Source of the DNA: Meiothermus sp. | Lineage (GTDB): Bacteria; Deinococcota; Deinococci; Deinococcales; Thermaceae | DNA: 64,000 nucleotides | Assembly: GCA_033762915.1 (NCBI GenBank) | Contig: JANRLD010000050.1 | Coordinates: 1 to 64,000, forward strand | Direction of reading: 5' to 3' | Shown: positions 58,482 to 64,000 of the stretch, one piece after another | How positions within the stretch are numbered: position 1 is the stretch's first letter | How the letters are laid out: the number at the start of each line of letters is the position of its first letter | Notes under the pieces: generated by a model | Database searches by the model: none | The model's input: only the letters and a program-made list of their open reading frames with translations | What the model was told of the DNA's origin: nothing | Translations under genes and position numbers: made by a program

Positions 58482-59483
58482 ATGTCCCTCAAGCGCCAAC
58501 TGGCCTGGGTGATCGGGTTGCTGGCTTTCTTGCCCAACCTGGTGGTGGTGCTGGTGTTCGGTCTGGCGAACCGGGAGTCGGGGCAGAACTTTCTGCTGAT
58601 TGGCTGGATTCTGGTACTGGCGGGAGTGGCGGGGTTTGTGGGATACCTGCTGGCGAGCGCGCTGCTGCGCCCGGTGGAGGAGATGCGGCGGGGGCTGGTA
58701 CACCTGCGTGGGAGCAACCGCACGCTCGCAGAGCTGTCGCTGCCGACCCCGCAGGAGCGCCCCCCGGCGGAAATCCGGCAGCTGCGCGAGGGCTTTGAGG
58801 ATCTGCTCGAGCACCTGCGCGAGCTGCTGGAGGCCAGGGAGGCCACCTACGCGGCCCTCACCCACGACCTCAAGACCCCCCTCTTGGCCAGTCTGCGGGC
58901 GCTTGAATACCTAGAGGAGGCCGACAGAATCGGCCCGGAGCGGCGCAAGGAGCTGCTGCGCGAGCTACAGGGAGAGCTGCGGCGTGGCTACCTGCTGGTG
59001 GAGAACCTCCTGACTGCCAGCCGCCTGGAGAACCAGCGCATCCATCCCGAGCAGCTCAACCTGCGGGCGGTGCTCGAGGACTTCCGGCTGCGCTACACGC
59101 AGCAGGCCGAGCGGCGCGGGCTGCTGCTGGAGGTGGAGGGGGCAGGCCAGGCCAAGGCCGACCGGCTGCTGCTCGAGCGGGCCTTTGCCAACCTGGCCGA
59201 CAACGCGGTGCGTTACGCCAAGAGCCGGGTTGTGCTCAAGGCCGGGGAGGGCTGGCTAGAGGTCGAGGACGACGGGCCGGGACTGCCGGAGTCGCTGGAT
59301 GCGCTCACCCAGCCCTTCCGCTCGGCGCGGCTGCACGGCATCCGGGCCGGGAGCGCAGGGCTGGGTTTGTACGTGGCCCGGCGGGTGGCAGAGGTGCACG
59401 GCGGGAAGCTCGAGACGGTGGGACCGCCCCGACCAGGGACGCGTCTGCGGTTGCAATTGTCACCAACGGCCAATTTATCGTAA
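58482..59483 (+). CDS. Membrane sensor histidine kinase (HAMP-HisKA-HATPase)
   Basis: Two TMs, THDLKTPL, NLADNAVRY, VEDDGPG, GLGL. Confidence 0.92.
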   Translation: MSLKRQLAWVIGLLAFLPNLVVVLVFGLANRESGQNFLLIGWILVLAGVAGFVGYLLASALLRPVEEMRRGLVHLRGSNRTLAELSLPTPQERPPAEIRQLREGFEDLLEHLRELLEAREATYAALTHDLKTPLLASLRALEYLEEADRIGPERRKELLRELQGELRRGYLLVENLLTASRLENQRIHPEQLNLRAVLEDFRLRYTQQAERRGLLLEVEGAGQAKADRLLLERAFANLADNAVRYAKSRVVLKAGEGWLEVEDDGPGLPESLDALTQPFRSARLHGIRAGSAGLGLYVARRVAEVHGGKLETVGPPRPGTRLRLQLSPTANLS

Positions 59484-59523
59484 CGCTAGAATTGTGGCCC
59501 TGGTACGCTAATTTGATAACGAA

Positions 59524-59548
59524 AACACCCCCTAGTCGGGGGTGTTGT
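59524..59548. terminator. Hairpin, possible terminator after the kinase gene
   Basis: AACACCCCC-TAGTC-GGGGGTGTT followed by GTT (poor U-tract). Confidence 0.4.
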
Positions 59549-59601
59549 TGCCGCTCAAAAGTTGGGACACTACCCTTTAGGAAACGTGGAGGGCAGGTGC
59601 C

Positions 59602-62328
59602 ATGCAACGTCTTAACGTCAACACCAAAGGCAACGTCCTAATTGTCACCATCTTGGTCTCGATGGTGTTAATGATCGCACTGATGGGGATTACCACCAGC
59701 CTGACCGTAGGCAACCGCCAAGCGGCGGGAAATCAGGGCCTAGCGGAGAGGGCGCAGTTTGCCGCCGAGTCGGGTCTGGCCCGGGGGGTGGCCAACCTGA
59801 CGCTGATCGAGAACGACCTGAAGCGGGCTAACCTCAACCTCTCCTCGGGGATCAACAACCAGGCCCAGCTAGACGCGGCAATGGCCACCCTGCGCGCCCA
59901 AATGTACTCCTTCTGCTACGGCGGCCCGCTTAACCAGACCATCCCGAGCAGCTTTAATATCCAGCCCACCGGGGTTCCTGCTGAGGGGCAGAACATCTGC
60001 ACGGGGACCATCGCCCCGGTGAACATGTCCGACTCGGATGAAACTGTGGGCAACACCCGCATGGCCCTGATCAAGGACAACATCCCCCTCACCGCCTACG
60101 ACCCCTCGAGCCGCTTTGCCAACGACGCCGCCGAGGCCACCTACTGGGGGCAGGTCGCCAAAGGAACCTTCAACCCCCCCATCGTCCTGAGCACCGCTCC
60201 CAACGGCCTCTCCGACCGCGTACGCCTTAGCCTCGACCTCAGCCCGCGCAACATCCGCATCCGGCAGGACGGCGGCTACGACATCATCCTGGGCGACCCC
60301 AGCCGGGGACTGATCTCGGTGGGCGAGGTGATGAATGGCACGACGGTTCTGGCGACCCGCACCATCACCCAGGCCCTGGCCACCAACCCCGCGACCATCG
60401 CCATGTCGGCGCCCAGTTTCGCCTCCTTCGCCTGGTTCTACAACACCCACCGGCAGAGCATTAACCCCGCCGATGCGGCCTACAACCAGGCCACCCTGAT
60501 CACCAGCAGCCTGCGCGTCAACGGGCCGGCCTTCACCAACGGGCGGTTCGTCTTCGCCAGCGGTGCCGCCCCGACCTTCTCGAGCCAGTTCGGCAGCGCC
60601 GGCTGTGAGAATGGGGTGCCTTCCGGGGGGAGCTGTGCCAGCAAAGCCCAGCAGTACCACGTGAGCGGGATCGGAACCGGGACCAGCCGGGCCGTCTCCT
60701 CGTCGGCCCAGTGGAGCGGCCTGAGCAACATCGCCCCGAGCTTTGCCATCAAGCGAAACAGCCTGGGTAGGGAGCTGTGCTCCGCCACGGTGGGCGGCGC
60801 GGAGTACGAGTGTACCGCCTCCGACCCGGACAGCCGGAAGGTGCGCGACGTGAACTGGGACCGCTCGCCCATCACCATGCCCGACACCGCCATCTCCAAC
60901 TTCCAGACCAGGGCTTCCAGCGGCGGCATCACCGTCAACTCCACCGACTTCAGCGCCCCCTGGACGGCCGGCGGGAGGTACTTCAGCAGCTATACCAACA
61001 TCTGCGTGACCTCCACCAACTCCAGCTGCATGCCGCTGCCGCAGAGCGCCATTGACGGCATCGGCAGGTTCGAGGGGCGCCCGACCGTGGACCTGAGCAT
61101 CGACCCGACCACCGGCCTGCAGCGCATCTCCATCTCGGCCAACGCGGTGCGCGGCTACAACCTGGCCATCAGCCCGGACTGCGGCGGCAGCGGGGGCGGC
61201 GGCGGGGGCGGCGGCGGCGGGGTCGGGGGTGCCGACGCCCCGCAGCTGAAAAAGTTCTGGACCAGGGTGGCCCCCAAGGTGGGCGAGTTCTTCCAGGCCC
61301 TGGGCAGCGCCCTGACCTTCGGCTCGACGGCGCTGGCCCAGAACACCACCTACAGCTCAACCTGGAGATGCACCTGGGGGAGCCGCAACGGCAACACCCC
61401 CAACGGCTGGTGGGCGTACTGGACCCAGGACGATGGGGACAGCAACAAGGTCGTGATCGACCGCTCCACCGGGCGGCCCACCAACACCACCACCGGCGCG
61501 AACGCCACCGGCGCGACGCGCTACTACAACAACAACACCAACGAGAATCTGACCATCGTGTACGAGGTGGACACCGCCGGGCGCATCCGCATGGTCTCCA
61601 ACAACACCGGCTCGGTCACCAGCACCCAGACCATCCTGCCCGACCGCACCACGGCCAACACCCTCACGGTGCGCACCCACCCCGCCCTAGCCACCGCCCA
61701 GTCCACCAGCGTGAGCAGCACGTTCGGCTCATCCACCTTTAACGGGGTGCTGTTCCGAAACGGCAACTTCCACCTCGAGGGCGGCTCCGGGGCCGACATC
61801 GCCTCGTACCAGCAGCTCACAGTCGCCAGCAACAACTCCATCTACCTCAACGACGACATCACCTACCAGTCCAACCCCATGCCCACCTCTGGCACCCCTC
61901 CCCAAAACCTGCTGGGCATCTACGCCAAGAACGACATCATGCTCACCGATTGGAACCGGGGTTCGGCCTCCACGGCGGGGCGCTCGGTGGACGCGGTGAT
62001 GATGGCCGAGACCGGCTCCATCCGGGCGGGCGGCTTCGACTGGGAGGGCAACAACGGTCGGGACGTGACCTCCTGCAACTTCGCCACCAAGGGCAACTTC
62101 ACGGTCAGGGGCAGCCTGATCCAGAACACCCTGGGGGCCACCAACTGCGTCAATAACGGAACCGTCACCGGCGGGTACGTGGGCAACTACACCTACGATA
62201 ACCGCATGCTGAGCGGCTTCGCGCCGCCCGCCTTCCCCAGCTTCAGCCAGGGCAACTGGGGCTTTAACGCCACCGTCGTCACCCCCACCCAGCGCGGCTT
62301 CTGGCAGGTGGTTCCGCCGCAGAACTGA
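59602..62328 (+). CDS. Large PilX-like type IV pilus tip/assembly protein
   Basis: KG|NVLIVTILV prepilin-like start, AQFAAESGLARG (PilX N-terminal motif), S/T/N/G-rich beta body, YTYDNRM..APPAFP C-terminus. Confidence 0.8.
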   Translation: MQRLNVNTKGNVLIVTILVSMVLMIALMGITTSLTVGNRQAAGNQGLAERAQFAAESGLARGVANLTLIENDLKRANLNLSSGINNQAQLDAAMATLRAQMYSFCYGGPLNQTIPSSFNIQPTGVPAEGQNICTGTIAPVNMSDSDETVGNTRMALIKDNIPLTAYDPSSRFANDAAEATYWGQVAKGTFNPPIVLSTAPNGLSDRVRLSLDLSPRNIRIRQDGGYDIILGDPSRGLISVGEVMNGTTVLATRTITQALATNPATIAMSAPSFASFAWFYNTHRQSINPADAAYNQATLITSSLRVNGPAFTNGRFVFASGAAPTFSSQFGSAGCENGVPSGGSCASKAQQYHVSGIGTGTSRAVSSSAQWSGLSNIAPSFAIKRNSLGRELCSATVGGAEYECTASDPDSRKVRDVNWDRSPITMPDTAISNFQTRASSGGITVNSTDFSAPWTAGGRYFSSYTNICVTSTNSSCMPLPQSAIDGIGRFEGRPTVDLSIDPTTGLQRISISANAVRGYNLAISPDCGGSGGGGGGGGGGVGGADAPQLKKFWTRVAPKVGEFFQALGSALTFGSTALAQNTTYSSTWRCTWGSRNGNTPNGWWAYWTQDDGDSNKVVIDRSTGRPTNTTTGANATGATRYYNNNTNENLTIVYEVDTAGRIRMVSNNTGSVTSTQTILPDRTTANTLTVRTHPALATAQSTSVSSTFGSSTFNGVLFRNGNFHLEGGSGADIASYQQLTVASNNSIYLNDDITYQSNPMPTSGTPPQNLLGIYAKNDIMLTDWNRGSASTAGRSVDAVMMAETGSIRAGGFDWEGNNGRDVTSCNFATKGNFTVRGSLIQNTLGATNCVNNGTVTGGYVGNYTYDNRMLSGFAPPAFPSFSQGNWGFNATVVTPTQRGFWQVVPPQN

Positions 62329-62352
62329 GGGCCCAGCCCTCCGAGAGGCATC

Positions 62353-62820
62353 ATGCATAGCCGCGCAGGTTTTTCACTCGTCGAGATCTTGATCGTGTTG
62401 GCCGGCATGGGGCTGCTGATGGGCGTGGCCACGGTCAGCCTGCAGGGCCTGCGCGAGCGCACCGGTGTGCGCCAGGCCGCCACCGACTACGCGGTGATCC
62501 TGCGCCAGGCCCGCACCCTGGCCCAGCGCTACAACGCCAACGTCACCGTGCAGCTCACCGGACTCAGCGGCGGACTCGCCAGCGGCTACAGCCTGACCCA
62601 GGTGCGCTCAAGCGGCAGCGTGACCCAGACCTACACCATGCCCAGCGGGGTGCGGGCCAAAGCTGCCGTCAGCGGGGGGGAAACCACTCTGACCTACCAG
62701 GCCCCCTACGGCGAAGTGGTGAGCACAGGCCTGTCTATCCGCTTCGAATCCTCTCGAAACAGCAGTGTGGGCGTGACGGTGGGCGCGGTGGGGCTCACCG
62801 GAAAGGTCGTGGTCTACTAA
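62353..62820 (+). CDS. Type IV minor pilin (FimT/GspH-like)
   Basis: AG|FSLVEILIVL; LRQARTLA. Confidence 0.88.
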   Translation: MHSRAGFSLVEILIVLAGMGLLMGVATVSLQGLRERTGVRQAATDYAVILRQARTLAQRYNANVTVQLTGLSGGLASGYSLTQVRSSGSVTQTYTMPSGVRAKAAVSGGETTLTYQAPYGEVVSTGLSIRFESSRNSSVGVTVGAVGLTGKVVVY

Positions 62821-62821
62821 C

Positions 62822-63262
62822 ATGCTCAAACCCAAAGGACTCACCGTAATCGAGATCTTGATTGCCATCACCATTCTCGGGGCCTTGCTGGCAGCCTCGA
62901 GTGGGGCCCTGGCGACGATGTTTAACACCTCCAAGAACGCCCGCGGGGCGGTGAGCGACGTCACCGTGGCCCGCAACCTCATCGAGACCGTGCGCCAGCA
63001 GTGGAGCGGCACCGCCGGCCGTGGCGCCTTCGACGCCAACTGCGTCAGGGTGACGCTGCCCGCCGGGGCCAGCGTCAGTGTCTTCTCCACCGCCAGCGAT
63101 GGCGCACTGGGGAGCGCGCTGACCGCCAGCATCATCGACCCTGCCGCCACCTGTGCAACCGCCAACGCGAACGCTGCGGGCACCGTCAAGCGGGTGATCG
63201 TGGCCACCAACCGGGGCGGCAACGAAACCGCCCGCCTGACCCTCGACCTGGTGCGCCCCTAG
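62822..63262 (+). CDS. Type IV minor pilin (PilV-like)
   Basis: KG|LTVIEILIAITIL; ARNLIETVR. Confidence 0.88.
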   Translation: MLKPKGLTVIEILIAITILGALLAASSGALATMFNTSKNARGAVSDVTVARNLIETVRQQWSGTAGRGAFDANCVRVTLPAGASVSVFSTASDGALGSALTASIIDPAATCATANANAAGTVKRVIVATNRGGNETARLTLDLVRP

Positions 63263-63267
63263 GCCCT

Positions 63268-64000
63268 ATGAAAACGCGCGGCTTCACCCTCCTCGAGATC
63301 ATCATCGCCATGGCGGTGATGGGCATTCTGATGGTCAGCTTCATCCAGTTCTTTGTGGGCAGCCTCAAGACCGCCCAGGACATCGACAACCGCAGCGAAC
63401 TGGTGACCGAAGGGCAGATCGCTCACCAGCTGATCTCGGCCCGACTGCAAGAGGCCTGGCACCTCCTGCCCCCCGGCACCTCCGTCGCCTTGAGCCACAC
63501 CGCGGCCTGGATGATCACCAAGCCCAGCGGCGGCACCACCTGGACGGTGGAAAGCGCCACCGAACCGTTCATGGCCATGGTCCTGCCGCCCACCAACCTG
63601 GGCCAGACCTGCTCGAGCACGGACACCAGGGGCTGCTACCGCTTCTTCGCCTACTACTCGATCACCCGCTCGAGCTATGTCAGCAACACCAGCAACCGCG
63701 CCAACGACCGGCTGATCAGCGACCCCTCCAACCCCGGGGCCTGGGTGCTGATGCAGTACCGGGGGTTCATCCCCAGCGGGACCGTGACCTCCGGCAGCAC
63801 CAGCGTGACCGTCACCCCCGCCAGCCTCTGGGACATCCGGGCCGACTTGCTGGCCGACTACGTGGTGCCGGTCAACTCGAGCCTGACCTTCAGCAACTAC
63901 CAGCCGTTCGATATGATCGGCACCGCCGCGCCCTTCCGGGTGGTGCTGGACTTGCGCTTCAGCCGCAGCGTACAGGGGCGGACCATCCAGCTCGGCGGCA
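63268..64000 (+). CDS. Type IV minor pilin (PilW-like), runs off the window end
   Basis: Manual translation MKTRG|FTLLEIIIAMAVMGILMVSF; no stop noticed before the window end. Confidence 0.85.
   Translation, partial: MKTRGFTLLEIIIAMAVMGILMVSFIQFFVGSLKTAQDIDNRSELVTEGQIAHQLISARLQEAWHLLPPGTSVALSHTAAWMITKPSGGTTWTVESATEPFMAMVLPPTNLGQTCSSTDTRGCYRFFAYYSITRSSYVSNTSNRANDRLISDPSNPGAWVLMQYRGFIPSGTVTSGSTSVTVTPASLWDIRADLLADYVVPVNSSLTFSNYQPFDMIGTAAPFRVVLDLRFSRSVQGRTIQLGG

Overview
GC-rich bacterial chromosomal segment, most likely Deinococcota (Thermaceae, Meiothermus-like). This assignment is inferred from the futalosine-pathway mqnB, the many apparently leaderless genes with TAnnnT 6-8 nt before the start codon, and the minor-pilin cluster. 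Housekeeping genes (mqnB, mfd, an rRNA methyltransferase, pyrF, plsX, lysS, mobA, lepA) are interspersed with accessory loci. Main accessory features: (1) three paralogous ~1000-aa STAND-like ATPase-TPR-wHTH/BTAD regulators, one truncated by an IS3 element at the left edge; two of their loci share an upstream ATAACGC-N4-ATAACGC repeat, and one copy sits beside a divergent lipoprotein cluster whose two promoter regions carry mirror copies of another 11-bp-periodic motif; (2) an apparent operon of three paralogous ~305-aa proteins with no family I can recognise (51.3-54.3 kb); (3) at least two families of small structured repeats (MITE-like), including one copy nested in another with a TA duplication; (4) strong CTCGAG over-representation and degenerate heptamer runs; (5) several pseudogene relics. 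No rRNA, tRNA or CRISPR array was seen. All calls were made by eye, without database searches.
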